64,000 bases of DNA. Origin: a bacterium. Its GTDB lineage: Bacteria > Bacteroidota > Bacteroidia > Flavobacteriales_D > Sanyastnellaceae. Below, in pieces: positions 55,202 to 64,000 of the stretch. The stretch is taken from contig JAPOHG010000005.1 in the NCBI GenBank assembly GCA_029979565.1, positions 93-64,092 on the forward strand, read 5' to 3'. A program made the translations under genes and the position numbers. How positions within the stretch are numbered: position 1 is the first letter of the stretch; each line of letters begins with the position of its first letter. Below the pieces are notes generated by a model. That model was not told where the DNA came from and searched no databases. It worked only from the letters and a program-made list of their open reading frames with translations.

Positions 55202-55789
55202 ATGAAGAAGGTAGAAGTCGAAGTATCTGACATTGCTTTAAGCGGCTCCTCATCAGGAGCATACGCCATGGTTTTGAGTGAGGTAGAGGGCAACCGCAAA
55301 CTTCCCATCGTCATTGGTGGAGCAGAGGCGCAGGCCATTGCCATCGAAATCGAAAAGATGAAAGCATCCCGTCCGTTGACGCATGACTTATTCAAGTCGG
55401 CTTTCGGTGCATTCGGAATCCGCGTCCTGGAGGTCATCATTTACAACATGGTTGAGGGCGTGTTTTTTGCCAAAATGCACTGCGCTTCGGAAGAGAAAAC
55501 CGAAGAAATCGATTGCCGCCCAAGCGACGCCGTTGCGATAGCGTACCGTTTTGGGTGTCCGATTTATTGCGCGGAGTCGGTCATGCAAATGGCCGGCATT
55601 GGACCCGAGGAAATGGAACGGGTAGAGCGAGCGGAGGCTGCGGCTGAGGCGGCTGAAGAATCCGAGGAGAAAGAGCGCAGCGTTGGCGACTTGAAAAAAG
55701 AATTGAAGCAAGCCATCGCTCGAGAAGACTACGAACTCGCCAGCCGCTTGCGCGACGAAATTGACGCCAGAGGGAAATCCGATTTATAG
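55202..55789 (+). CDS. bifunctional nuclease family (DUF151) protein with C-terminal UVR motif
   Basis: LPIVIGGAEAQAIAIE...RPLTHDL is a DUF151 hallmark. LKKELKQAIAREDYELASRLRDEI is a UvrB/C-type motif. Confidence 0.85.
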   Translation: MKKVEVEVSDIALSGSSSGAYAMVLSEVEGNRKLPIVIGGAEAQAIAIEIEKMKASRPLTHDLFKSAFGAFGIRVLEVIIYNMVEGVFFAKMHCASEEKTEEIDCRPSDAVAIAYRFGCPIYCAESVMQMAGIGPEEMERVERAEAAAEAAEESEEKERSVGDLKKELKQAIAREDYELASRLRDEIDARGKSDL

Positions 55790-55801
55790 AACCACACCAC
55801 C

Positions 55802-56299
55802 ATGCCACAACCGGTAGTAAGCATCATCATGGGTTCCGCAAGCGACCTTCCAATCATGGAAAAAGCGGGGGAAGTTTTGAAGGAATTGGACGTGCCCTTC
55901 GAGATGACCGTGGTCTCTGCCCACCGAACGCCCGAACGCATGGTTTCTCATGCGGCTGAGGCGGCAGGCCGAGGCATCAAGGTCATCGTAGCCGGCGCCG
56001 GGGGGGCAGCCCACTTGCCCGGCATGACAGCCTCCTTGACCACATTGCCCGTCATCGGTGTTCCAATCCACAGCAGCAACTCCATTGACGGCTGGGATTC
56101 GGTGTTGAGCATTCTCCAAATGCCTGCTGGCGTACCGGTCGCAACGGTTGCGTTGGACGGAGGGCGAAATGCAGGCATCTTAGCAGCCCAAATTGCGGCT
56201 ACCGGCGATCCCGCATTGGCGTCGCGATTGGCCGCCTTCAAAGCGGCCCTGAAAGACAAGGTGTTGAATTCCATCGATGCCGTAGAGAAGCACCTCTGA
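55802..56299 (+). CDS. purE: 5-(carboxyamino)imidazole ribonucleotide mutase
   Basis: IIMGSASDLPIM...VVSAHRTPE...AGGAAHLPGM. Confidence 0.93.
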   Translation: MPQPVVSIIMGSASDLPIMEKAGEVLKELDVPFEMTVVSAHRTPERMVSHAAEAAGRGIKVIVAGAGGAAHLPGMTASLTTLPVIGVPIHSSNSIDGWDSVLSILQMPAGVPVATVALDGGRNAGILAAQIAATGDPALASRLAAFKAALKDKVLNSIDAVEKHL

Positions 56300-56301
56300 A
56301 G

Positions 56302-57213
56302 ATGGCGGAGTACGGATACGCCTCCTTCAATCCGGCGGACCTCAAGGGACGCGATTTGCATGGGAAATTGCTTGGCGGCATCGCCCCACGCCCGATCGCT
56401 TTTGCGAGCACCGTCGACAAAGAAGGCCGCGACAACCTCGCTCCATTCAGTTACTTCAACGTTTTCTCGGCACATCCTCCCGTTGTCATTTTCAGTCCGG
56501 CCCGACGCATGAAGGACAACACGACCAAGCATACCTTGGAAAACGTACTGGACGTTCCCGAAGTGGTCATCAACCTGGTCGATTACAACATGGTGCACGC
56601 CTGTTCGCTGGCCAGTGCGGATTTCGACCGAGGCGTAAGTGAATTCGAAAAGGCCGGCCTGACCGCCTTGCCTTCCGATACCATTCGACCCAAGCGCGTA
56701 GCGCAAAGCCCCTTGGCGCTGGAATGCAGGGTATTGCGCGTGGATTCCCTCGGTGAGGAGGGGGGCGCAGGGCAATTGGTCGTCTGTGAAATTCAGCGCA
56801 TGCACTTTCGGTCGGATGTCTTGAACGAAGCCGGCCAACTGGTTCCAGATTTGCTCGACTTGGTTGGACGCTGTGGCGGGAACGCCTACGTCCGGGCCTC
56901 AGGCGATGCGTTGTTTGAGGTACCCAAGCCGCTGGTGGCTCCCGGTATAGGCGTCGATGCCCTCCCGCAGGAGGCCCGGGAAAGCAAGGTGTTGACCGGC
57001 AATGATTTGGCTCAGCTTGGTGCCTTGCTTGAAATGCCCAACGAGACGGATGTCAATGATTTCAAACTCATGGAATTGTCGGAGTTGTTCATTGAACACG
57101 AGGGGGATGGGGTGGCGTTGGAACACGCCGTGCATTCCTTCGCCGCCCAGTGCATCGCGGATGGAAACGTGGCAGACGCCTTGAAGGCGGTGATGGCCTT
57201 CAATTTGGGTTGA
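56302..57213 (+). CDS. flavin reductase-like FMN-binding domain protein
   Basis: IAPRPIAFASTVDKEGRDNLAPFSYFN split-barrel pattern; extra C-terminal helical region. Confidence 0.78.
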   Translation: MAEYGYASFNPADLKGRDLHGKLLGGIAPRPIAFASTVDKEGRDNLAPFSYFNVFSAHPPVVIFSPARRMKDNTTKHTLENVLDVPEVVINLVDYNMVHACSLASADFDRGVSEFEKAGLTALPSDTIRPKRVAQSPLALECRVLRVDSLGEEGGAGQLVVCEIQRMHFRSDVLNEAGQLVPDLLDLVGRCGGNAYVRASGDALFEVPKPLVAPGIGVDALPQEARESKVLTGNDLAQLGALLEMPNETDVNDFKLMELSELFIEHEGDGVALEHAVHSFAAQCIADGNVADALKAVMAFNLG

Positions 57214-57269
57214 TAAAAAAGGCCCGGGAGGTGCCCCTGTTTTCGAATGGGCGTGAATACCTTCGTACC

Positions 57270-57641
57270 ATGAGTTTTGAAATGAAAGGCAAGATCAAAA
57301 AGATCTTCGATCAGCAGGATTTTCCAAGTGGGTTTTACAAGCGTGATTTCGTCATCACGACCGAGGACCAGTACCCTCAAGACGTAAAGTTCACAGCGAC
57401 AAAAGAGCGCACCGAGCAGCTTGCTAAATACAACGAAGGCGATGCCGTCTTGGTCAAATTTGACATCCGCGGCCGGGAGTACAACGGGAACTTTTACGTT
57501 GATTTGAACGCGTGGCGTGTAGAGCCTGGACAGGGGGGAGCCCCTCCAGCGCCGGCTTCACCGGGCGTCTCTGCAGCGCCGCTTCCTGACGTGCCCCCAA
57601 TGGCGGCATCGGGCGACGACGAGGACGATTTGCCCTTCTAA
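57270..57641 (+). CDS. DUF3127-family protein with Pro/Ala-rich linker and SSB-type acidic C-terminal tip
   Basis: MSFEMKGKIKKIFDQQDFPSGFYKRDFVITTEDQYPQDVKF is a DUF3127 pattern. C-terminus ...GDDEDDLPF-stop. Start trimmed to ATG 57270. Confidence 0.78.
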   Translation: MSFEMKGKIKKIFDQQDFPSGFYKRDFVITTEDQYPQDVKFTATKERTEQLAKYNEGDAVLVKFDIRGREYNGNFYVDLNAWRVEPGQGGAPPAPASPGVSAAPLPDVPPMAASGDDEDDLPF

Positions 57642-57649
57642 CACCCTCC

Positions 57650-58924
57650 ATGGCCGACGTGCTTGAACGCGCCTTGCCTCACTGGGGCAAGGAAGAACTC
57701 CATACCGCGCAATTCGAAAACGGGTTTCGGGTCATCTACAAGCATGTGGACCGCCCTGTCACGCATTGCGGTTTGGTCATCAATGCAGGCACGCGGGATG
57801 AAATTGCCGCACAGGGAGAAGCCGGTGTGGCTCATTTCATTGAGCACACGCTGTTCAAAGGCACCCATAAGCGCAAAGCCTTTCACGTGTTGAACCGCCT
57901 GGATTCGGTGGGCGGCGAGTTCAATGCCTACACCTCCAAAGAGGATACCTGGATTTACGCGGCGTTTTCCGAACAGCACCTCGAGCGAGCGGTGGAGTTG
58001 ATTGCCGACATCACCTTCAATGCAACCTTCCCGGTCAACGAGATCAAGAAGGAACGCGATGTGATCTTGGATGAGCTCAATGCATACCTCGACAGCCCGG
58101 CGGATTCCATTTTTGACGAATTCGAAGAAAAACTGTTTGAAGGCCACCCCATGGGAGGCAACATCCTTGGCAACCCTGCCTCGGTTCGGGCCATGAACCG
58201 CGCCACCATAGAGGGCTTTGTGGCCCGTCATTACCACCCCAATGAGATGGTGTTCAGCGTGGTGGGGGCAACCGCGTGGTCGAAAGTCAAGCGCTTGTGT
58301 CAGAAACATTTTGGCCAACTTCAAGGAAGTGCTTCTACCTTGAATCGCACCCCGTACGAAGGCCGTGCGCCGTTCGACGTTCGCGTGAAAAAGGACATCC
58401 ACCAGGTGCACCACGTCATGGGAACGTTGACCCACGGCAGCAACCACCCCGATCGGCTGGGCCTTGCGCTCATTGCCAATCACCTCGGTGGCCCCACCAT
58501 GAACAACCGGTTGAGCCTCAACGTTCGCGAGCGTCACGGGATGGCTTACAACATCGAATGCGCTTACACCCCTTATAGCGATGTGGGCATTTTCAGCGTG
58601 TACTTCGGAACGGACAAGCGCCTTCACAAGCGCGCCGAAGCCCTCGTTCGAAAAGAGCTCGCGGCCTTGCGCAAAACCAAGCTAGGCATTCGCCAACTGC
58701 ACAACATCAAGCAGCAAATCGTTGGACACGTGGCCCTCTCGCAGGATTCGGGGAGCAGTGTGATGACGAGCTTGGGGAAGAGCTTTCTGCTGTACAACCG
58801 GGTGGAGCGGCTGGAATCGGTGTTTGAAGCCATCGAAGCCATTTCGGCAGAGGATGTGTTACGGCTTGCGAACGAGGTGCTGGATGACCGCACATGGAGC
58901 CACCTCGTGTATTCCAATGCCTGA
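57650..58924 (+). CDS. M16-family (pitrilysin/insulinase-like) zinc peptidase
   Basis: Inverted zinc motif HFIEH in GVAHFIEHTLFKGT; 424 aa. Confidence 0.88.
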   Translation: MADVLERALPHWGKEELHTAQFENGFRVIYKHVDRPVTHCGLVINAGTRDEIAAQGEAGVAHFIEHTLFKGTHKRKAFHVLNRLDSVGGEFNAYTSKEDTWIYAAFSEQHLERAVELIADITFNATFPVNEIKKERDVILDELNAYLDSPADSIFDEFEEKLFEGHPMGGNILGNPASVRAMNRATIEGFVARHYHPNEMVFSVVGATAWSKVKRLCQKHFGQLQGSASTLNRTPYEGRAPFDVRVKKDIHQVHHVMGTLTHGSNHPDRLGLALIANHLGGPTMNNRLSLNVRERHGMAYNIECAYTPYSDVGIFSVYFGTDKRLHKRAEALVRKELAALRKTKLGIRQLHNIKQQIVGHVALSQDSGSSVMTSLGKSFLLYNRVERLESVFEAIEAISAEDVLRLANEVLDDRTWSHLVYSNA

Positions 58925-58933
58925 ACCGCTGGC

Positions 58934-59341
58934 TCAGCGCCGTGAAATTTTGTGCATGTCGTTGTTGTCCGACTCGATCTGGTTTTTGACGGACCGGATT
59001 TTGAGGGCTATGCCTGCCCACTCGCGCTGACCGGCTTTGATGAGCCGCTTGACGGCCTCGTCGTCGTTGTCGGCGCCGAGGGCCACGTCTTTCAGGTAGT
59101 TGAAACCAAATTTTTCCAGCCACTGCACGGCCTGTGCATCGCCTTCTGAACCGCTGACGAGGGCCATGAGGTGCGGATGCTGATTGGCCATGAGCCACGA
59201 CCGGGCACTGTCGTCCAGTTGTAGCGCGTGGCATGCAAGCGCCAACTCGGGAAAACCATTTTGCATCAGCCAATCGCGGATTTCGCGGTTGCCTGAGATG
59301 GCCTCACCCCAGGCCAACAAGACTTTTGCCGGATACTGCAT
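58934..59341 (-). CDS. hypothetical protein with internal ~33-aa helical repeats
   Basis: 135-aa ORF. Recurrent A..WL...GF..L pattern appears three times. No recognised family. Confidence 0.5.
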   Translation of the reverse strand: MQYPAKVLLAWGEAISGNREIRDWLMQNGFPELALACHALQLDDSARSWLMANQHPHLMALVSGSEGDAQAVQWLEKFGFNYLKDVALGADNDDEAVKRLIKAGQREWAGIALKIRSVKNQIESDNNDMHKISRR

Positions 59342-59361
59342 GACGCCAAGATAAGCGGGGG

Positions 59362-59369
59362 TATCTTTG
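59362..59369 (+). promoter_or_regulatory. -7 promoter box (TAtcTTTG) upstream of the MFS transporter gene
   Basis: TATCTTTG, 7 nt before the GTG at 59377 and 37 nt before the ATG at 59407. Confidence 0.45.
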
Positions 59370-59376
59370 CGGCCAA

Positions 59377-60621
59377 GTGTCGAAACCTTCTCCTCCCGAG
59401 AACACCATGTTCTCCTCCCAATTTTGGGTCCTCTGTTCCAGTACGGTTCTTTTCATGGCCAGTTTTGGCATGGTCATGCCGGAGTTGCCCGGATTTCTGA
59501 CAGAGTTGGGTCGACCGGATTTGATCGGTTGGATCGTCGGGCTGTTCACCGTTGGTGCTTTTCTATCGCGGTTCTTGAGTGGTCGCATTGCGGACCGAGC
59601 GGGACGGATGCCGGTGATGCTGTTTGGGACGTGGGTGACGACGCTGGCAGGGTTGGGCTACATCGCAGTGGGTGCCATTACCGAACAGGCCGTGTGGAGC
59701 GGTGTTCCGGTCGCCGTGTGGGCGTTTCTCACACTGCGCCTCCTTCACGGCATGAGCACGGGATTCCGTCCGACCGGAACCACTGCTTTTTTGACGGACA
59801 TCACGCCCCTCAACCGCCGCGGTGAGGCACTTGGTTACTTGGGAGTCGCGGGCAACGCCGGCATGGCCGGAGGTCCTGCCATCGGAAGTTGGTTGACGGT
59901 GGAATACGGATACAACGCCATGTTCATCGTCTCCACACTCTTTGGCCTCGTGGCCCTGCTGATGACATTGCGCTTGCCCGAGACCTTGCCCGAAGGCCGG
60001 CGTGTTAAGTGGTCGGATTTGCACGTTTGGAAAGGCGACGTCATGGACCTTTCATCGTGGCCGGCAGCGCTGGGCTTGCTTCCGGTTGCGTTCGCGTTTG
60101 GCACTTTTTTGACCATTTCACCGGACTTTGTGGGGTCGCTGGGCTATGTCTACAAGGGTTCTTTCAATACGATCATCGTTATTGCTTCCATCTCGATGCG
60201 GTTGATCGCAGGCCGCGCCTCGGACCGCCGTGGTCGCGTGCCGCTCATGCTGATCGGTGGGGCCTTGCTCGCTGTTGGAATGTTTGGCCTGTCCATGGCT
60301 GAAACCAAGTTGACTGCCGCATTTTTTGGGGTAATCTACGGGATGTCCATCGGCATCAACATGCCAACCATCATGGCTTGGACCGCGGATCTTGCGCGTC
60401 CGGGGAGGGTGGCATTGGCCTTGGGCACCATGTTGATGTCACTTGAAGTGGGCATCGGCGTTGGAGCGGTGTTTTCCGGGTATCAATTCCAAGGGGATGT
60501 CACGGCAATTCCTGCGCTGTATGCCGTTTCAGGCGGAATCGGGTTGGTTGGTTTTGTGGTGCTGTTGGTCTTCAGGAATCGTGTGCCGGATCCCCAGGGG
60601 GAAGCCATTCGCACGGCTTGA
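59377..60621 (+). CDS. MFS transporter
   Basis: About 12 hydrophobic segments; GRIADRAGR and GRASDRRGR loop motifs (MFS signature). The true start may be ATG 59407. Confidence 0.85.
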   Translation: MSKPSPPENTMFSSQFWVLCSSTVLFMASFGMVMPELPGFLTELGRPDLIGWIVGLFTVGAFLSRFLSGRIADRAGRMPVMLFGTWVTTLAGLGYIAVGAITEQAVWSGVPVAVWAFLTLRLLHGMSTGFRPTGTTAFLTDITPLNRRGEALGYLGVAGNAGMAGGPAIGSWLTVEYGYNAMFIVSTLFGLVALLMTLRLPETLPEGRRVKWSDLHVWKGDVMDLSSWPAALGLLPVAFAFGTFLTISPDFVGSLGYVYKGSFNTIIVIASISMRLIAGRASDRRGRVPLMLIGGALLAVGMFGLSMAETKLTAAFFGVIYGMSIGINMPTIMAWTADLARPGRVALALGTMLMSLEVGIGVGAVFSGYQFQGDVTAIPALYAVSGGIGLVGFVVLLVFRNRVPDPQGEAIRTA

Positions 60622-60709
60622 TGCCCGGTTGTTGAAATGAACGGCAAAAGGTGGAAAAGTGCCAAGCAGGTCCGTTGCGATGCCTGCACGTGTCGGCGTT
60701 CTTTGTAGC

Positions 60710-60919
60710 ATGGAAGATCTTATGGTCCAACTCGAGACCGCTCGTCAGGAGCGGGTGCAGACGCTGAAGGAGTTCATGCGTCTCAAAAATGAATTGGCTC
60801 GGGCACAACGCCGATGCGATGAGTTGCGCTTGGAAAATGGCAAATTGAAGGAGGCATTGTTGGTTGCAGAGAACGAACTTCAAAGCTTGCATGCATACGC
60901 CGCGGAGATCGTGATGTAA
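60710..60919 (+). CDS. small coiled-coil protein (69 aa), unknown function
   Basis: Heptad-rich MEDLMVQLETARQERVQTLKEFMRLKNELARAQRR.... ATG preceded by gTTCTTTG-tagc, the same spacing as at etfB and glmM. Followed by a strong terminator. Confidence 0.5.
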   Translation: MEDLMVQLETARQERVQTLKEFMRLKNELARAQRRCDELRLENGKLKEALLVAENELQSLHAYAAEIVM

Positions 60920-60943
60920 GCATTGCTCAAAACGAAAACAACG

Positions 60944-60971
60944 AAAAAGCGAGCCTGAAGCTCGCTTTTTT
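60944..60971. terminator. bidirectional rho-independent terminator
   Basis: A5-GCGAGC-ctgaa-GCTCGC-T6, between convergent genes. Confidence 0.85.
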
Positions 60972-60994
60972 CATGTCCGATTGCGCGGTTCGAA

Positions 60995-61876
60995 TCAGAG
61001 CCCCGCTCCGGAAACAGCGAAGACGCGGTCCACTTTTTTGAAGAGGCCTTGCAATACTTTGCCAGGTCCGACTTCAATGGCTTCGGTCGCTCCCAATTCA
61101 ATCATCTTGTGCATGCTCTGGGTCCAGCGTACCGGCGCTGTTAATTGTGCGATGAGGTTTTCCCGAATGACTTCCGGGTCGGTTTCCGGCGAGGCGTTGA
61201 CGTTCTGCACCACCGGGCATCGAGGCGATTGGAACGGAGCTGCAGCGATGGCAGCGGCCAGGCGTTCCCGTGCGGATTCCATCAAAGGCGAGTGGAATGC
61301 CCCTCCGACAGGCAAGACGAGTGCCCGACGGGCACCGGCCTCGGTGAGGGCGGCGCATGCCGCTTCGATGGCCGGAACTTCTCCGGAGATCACGAGCTGG
61401 CCGGGGCAGTTGTAATTCGCTGCGACCACCACGCCTTCTGTGGAAGCGCAGACCTCCTCTACGACGTTGTCTTCGAGGCCGAGTACGGCCGCCATGGTGC
61501 TGGGCGTTTCATCGCACGCCGCTTGCATGGCTTGAGCGCGTTCCGAAACCAGCTTGAGTCCGTCTTCAAAGGAGAGGGCCCCTGCAGCGACCAAGGCTGA
61601 GAATTCACCCAAGCTGTGACCAGCGACTACGTCGGGTTGAAAGGCGTCGCCCAACGCTTCCGCCAGCACCACCGAGTGGATGAAAATGGCCGGCTGGGTT
61701 ACGGAAGTTTGCTTGAGGTCTTCGGGGCTGCCATTGAACATGGTGTCGGCAATGTTAAAGCCGAGGATTTCATTGGCCAATTCGAAACGCGCTTTCAAGG
61801 CGTCAGAATGATCGTACAGGTCTTTTCCCATTCCGGGGAATTGGGCGCCTTGGCCCGGGAATACATATGCTTTCAT
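60995..61876 (-). CDS. fabD: malonyl-CoA:ACP transacylase
   Basis: MKAYVFPGQGAQFPGMG, GHSLGEFSAL active-site serine motif. Start trimmed to ATG 61876. Confidence 0.93.
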   Translation of the reverse strand: MKAYVFPGQGAQFPGMGKDLYDHSDALKARFELANEILGFNIADTMFNGSPEDLKQTSVTQPAIFIHSVVLAEALGDAFQPDVVAGHSLGEFSALVAAGALSFEDGLKLVSERAQAMQAACDETPSTMAAVLGLEDNVVEEVCASTEGVVVAANYNCPGQLVISGEVPAIEAACAALTEAGARRALVLPVGGAFHSPLMESARERLAAAIAAAPFQSPRCPVVQNVNASPETDPEVIRENLIAQLTAPVRWTQSMHKMIELGATEAIEVGPGKVLQGLFKKVDRVFAVSGAGL

Positions 61877-61897
61877 GGAATTGGTGTGAATGCGGCG

Positions 61898-61905
61898 CAA
61901 AAGTA
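61898..61905 (-). promoter_or_regulatory. -7 promoter box (TActTTTG on the minus strand) upstream of fabD
   Basis: Plus strand CAAAAGTA, 21 nt upstream of the fabD ATG. Confidence 0.45.
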
Positions 61906-61910
61906 AGCGC

Positions 61911-62885
61911 TCAAACTTGAATGGACAGTCCGACGGACAGGACCTGTTTGAGCTGTAGCCCGGGTCCGATGTTCGGCGTGAGGACGCCTTCAATGAGTTC
62001 CGGTGTTTTGGTCAACTGGATGTCGTCGTCGTAGATAAGCGTCGCTGAGATGGAGGTGGACAGCCACGGGTTGACCTTGAGCATCAGGACATGATCGGAA
62101 TACACGTCAATGTTCTGCGGGTTGTCCAGGAAATTGGAGAACAGGTCCAATCGCACCGCATAGCTGATTTCCTCGGTAAAATCTTTCTTGTAATTCAGCT
62201 TGAGGTATCCGCCCATCTCGTAGCGGCTCCGCTCGCCCGGTTCCACACCGAAGGCACCGGCGGCTGAGAGCGAATCATCCAGTACCCAAGTGGATTTGAT
62301 GGTGATGGGGGCCAAGAACAAGGCCAGGCCAGCATCGGACGTTTTGTAATCCATGCCCCCTGCGAGGACGCCGTATCCGGGAGCGAGGAAGTTTGAATTC
62401 AAAATATCGCGCACGGGGATGCCGTTTTCCAATGCATAACCCGGAGCAAATTGCGACCGGAAGTGCGCCATGAACGTCACGAATCCCGACTCGGTGGTGC
62501 GGTACCCCAGCTTGGTCGACCACTCGATGCGGTCGTCGGTTTTGATGATGACCCGGTCTTCAGGCCGATGCAAAAGACCAAATGCCAGGTGCAGCTCGCT
62601 GTCCCAGCCGAACCGCCCACGGTCGTAGTTCCAGTTTTGGTCAAATTTGGTGAGCAGGGAGAGGTTGCTCTGTCCCCCCGCGGCCCAATTGCTCAGCTGG
62701 ACTTGACTGAAATGGATGTTGAACTGGCCCTTGCGGACTTGGAGCAAGGTATCGGTGGTCGGTGCTGCTGAACTGCGGAGTGCCTTCTCCTCTGCAGCGC
62801 TAAGTTTTGGGGTGTCGGTTTGCCCCCATACCAGGGTGGCCCATCCCAGCAGGGCCAGCGTGATTCCAATCGCCTTTTGGTGCAT
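61911..62885 (-). CDS. putative outer-membrane beta-barrel protein (DUF3078-like)
   Basis: Signal peptide; alternating beta-strand pattern; C-terminal ...LSVGLSIQV. Family assignment is from memory only. Confidence 0.55.
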   Translation of the reverse strand: MHQKAIGITLALLGWATLVWGQTDTPKLSAAEEKALRSSAAPTTDTLLQVRKGQFNIHFSQVQLSNWAAGGQSNLSLLTKFDQNWNYDRGRFGWDSELHLAFGLLHRPEDRVIIKTDDRIEWSTKLGYRTTESGFVTFMAHFRSQFAPGYALENGIPVRDILNSNFLAPGYGVLAGGMDYKTSDAGLALFLAPITIKSTWVLDDSLSAAGAFGVEPGERSRYEMGGYLKLNYKKDFTEEISYAVRLDLFSNFLDNPQNIDVYSDHVLMLKVNPWLSTSISATLIYDDDIQLTKTPELIEGVLTPNIGPGLQLKQVLSVGLSIQV

Positions 62886-64000
62886 TACTTGATCTCAATG
62901 GGTTCGAGGTGCAGCACGGTGCCTGCGCCCTCCACTGCAACGAATACTTCTCCTTTCGAATTGCGCGCGATGTCCCGAACCCGACCGACGCCCTCGAGCA
63001 AGCGCTCACGGGCGACCACGCGGTTGTCCTTCAATTGAAGGCGTTCGAGGTATTCAAAACTCAGCGACCCCACGAGCAGGTTGTTTTGCCACGATGCCGG
63101 CCAGCTGTCGCCGTACACCACGTCCATCCCGCAGGCTCCGATGGAGGGGAGCCAATAGTAGAGCGGTTGTTCCATGCCCACCATCGCGGTGTCTTTGGTG
63201 ATGATGGTGCCGATGTAGTTGCGGCCAAACGTGATTTTGGGCCAGCCATAATTGTTGCCGGGCTCGGGGATGTTGATCTCATCGCCGCCTTTGGGTCCGT
63301 GTTCGTGCGTCCAGATGGTGCCGGTCTCCGGGTGGCAAAACATGCCTTGGGGGTTTCGGTGGCCCCATGACCAGATGGACGGCACGGCGTCGGGTTGATT
63401 CACGAACGGGTTGTCTTCGGGAATGCTGCCGTCGGGTTTGAAGCGGTGCACCTTGCCTGGGGACGTCGCCAGGGTTTGTGGATGCACGTCGCGGCGGCCG
63501 CGTTCGCCGCATGTGAGGTACAATTTGCCGTCCCCGCCGATCTCGACTCGGCTGCCATAATGGTGGTGGGTCTTTTCGTACGGCGTGGCCACGAACAATT
63601 CTTCCCACGCCTCGATGCGTTCGGTTTCGGCCGACCACGGTGCACGCACCAGGGCTGTCGCCGATTGGTCGGCATCGCCGGGGCGGTCCTTGCTGTAGGT
63701 CAGGTACACCCATTCTTCTCCGGTGGACGGGTCCTGCCAGTGCATGACGTCCAACAAACCGCCCTGGCCCTTCACATGGATGTCATCCGGAAGCCCCGGG
63801 ATGGCAAGAAGCCGCCCCGCTTCCAGCTTCCACAGGCGGCCTTCCCGCTCGGTGATGAGCAAGGTGGTGTCGTTCACAAAATCCATGCCCCAGGGCGTTT
63901 CGAGTCCGTCCACCATGGTGTTGACACGCAGGGTCAAATCACGGGTTGTCAGCTGCTCAGGTGGCGTGGGTTTGAAGCCGCGCGCCGAGGCCGCTTGTTC
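62885..64000 (-). CDS. PQQ-dependent soluble sugar dehydrogenase (sGDH/YliI-type beta-propeller), 5'-truncated by the window edge
   Basis: WSWGHRNPQGM, HEHGPKGGDEIN, NYGWPKITFGRNY hallmarks. The frame stays open from the TTG at 63937 to nt 64000. Confidence 0.85.
   Translation of the reverse strand, partial: EQAASARGFKPTPPEQLTTRDLTLRVNTMVDGLETPWGMDFVNDTTLLITEREGRLWKLEAGRLLAIPGLPDDIHVKGQGGLLDVMHWQDPSTGEEWVYLTYSKDRPGDADQSATALVRAPWSAETERIEAWEELFVATPYEKTHHHYGSRVEIGGDGKLYLTCGERGRRDVHPQTLATSPGKVHRFKPDGSIPEDNPFVNQPDAVPSIWSWGHRNPQGMFCHPETGTIWTHEHGPKGGDEINIPEPGNNYGWPKITFGRNYIGTIITKDTAMVGMEQPLYYWLPSIGACGMDVVYGDSWPASWQNNLLVGSLSFEYLERLQLKDNRVVARERLLEGVGRVRDIARNSKGEVFVAVEGAGTVLHLEPIEIK

Noticed and set aside
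1-64000. Search for tRNA, rRNA, integrase/transposase genes, inverted terminal repeats, toxin-antitoxin pairs or known defence genes
   Set aside because: Intergenic gaps are short (mostly under 100 nt), and none shows a cloverleaf-like or rRNA-like sequence by eye. No ORF has recombinase, transposase, restriction, Cas or abortive-infection hallmarks. An Infernal/tRNAscan run would be needed to exclude small RNAs formally.

Overview
Dense chromosomal window (about 55 protein genes) from a GC-rich member of the Bacteroidota. The assignment rests on several T9SS C-terminal sorting domains, TAnnTTTG -7 promoter boxes and typical Bacteroidota families (DUF3467, DUF3127, BatA-N, bacterial GH3, DUF3078). 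I found no rRNA, tRNA, CRISPR array, integrase, transposase or prophage signal. The left third (0.7-17.2 kb) is an accessory-looking island of secreted and outer-membrane proteins: a CotH/LTD protein, an M43 metalloprotease with 13 tandem Cys-rich modules, a PqqB-like MBL lipoprotein, a di-haem cytochrome c peroxidase, a T9SS type-B cargo, and an LTD protein / TonB-dependent receptor / PLD-nuclease-like operon. Next come a tight symporter / GHMP kinase / nucleotidyltransferase-CutC fusion / GH20 hexosaminidase cluster (17.6-24.2 kb) and a 1246-aa FG-GAP(CRTAC1-like) + vanadium-haloperoxidase/PAP2 + dockerin-like fusion protein (24.2-27.9 kb). The rest is mostly housekeeping: rpsT, radC, wecB, upp, murQ, aroE, glmM, cysteine desulfurase, dNK, H+/Na+-PPase, pdhB, etfBA, purE, fabD and others. 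It also contains some unusual fusions: MnmD-Nudix, a DUF3127 protein with an SSB-type tail, and a DHOase-like protein lacking the HxH metal ligands. No single cluster is demonstrably a novel system from sequence alone. The best candidates are the sugar-salvage cluster with the CutC fusion, the LTD/TBDR/PLD operon, the modular M43 protease and the FG-GAP-haloperoxidase-dockerin protein. All functional calls come from motif recognition in the supplied translations; no database search was run. The many long ORFs lying antisense to recognisable genes are treated as GC-driven shadow ORFs.
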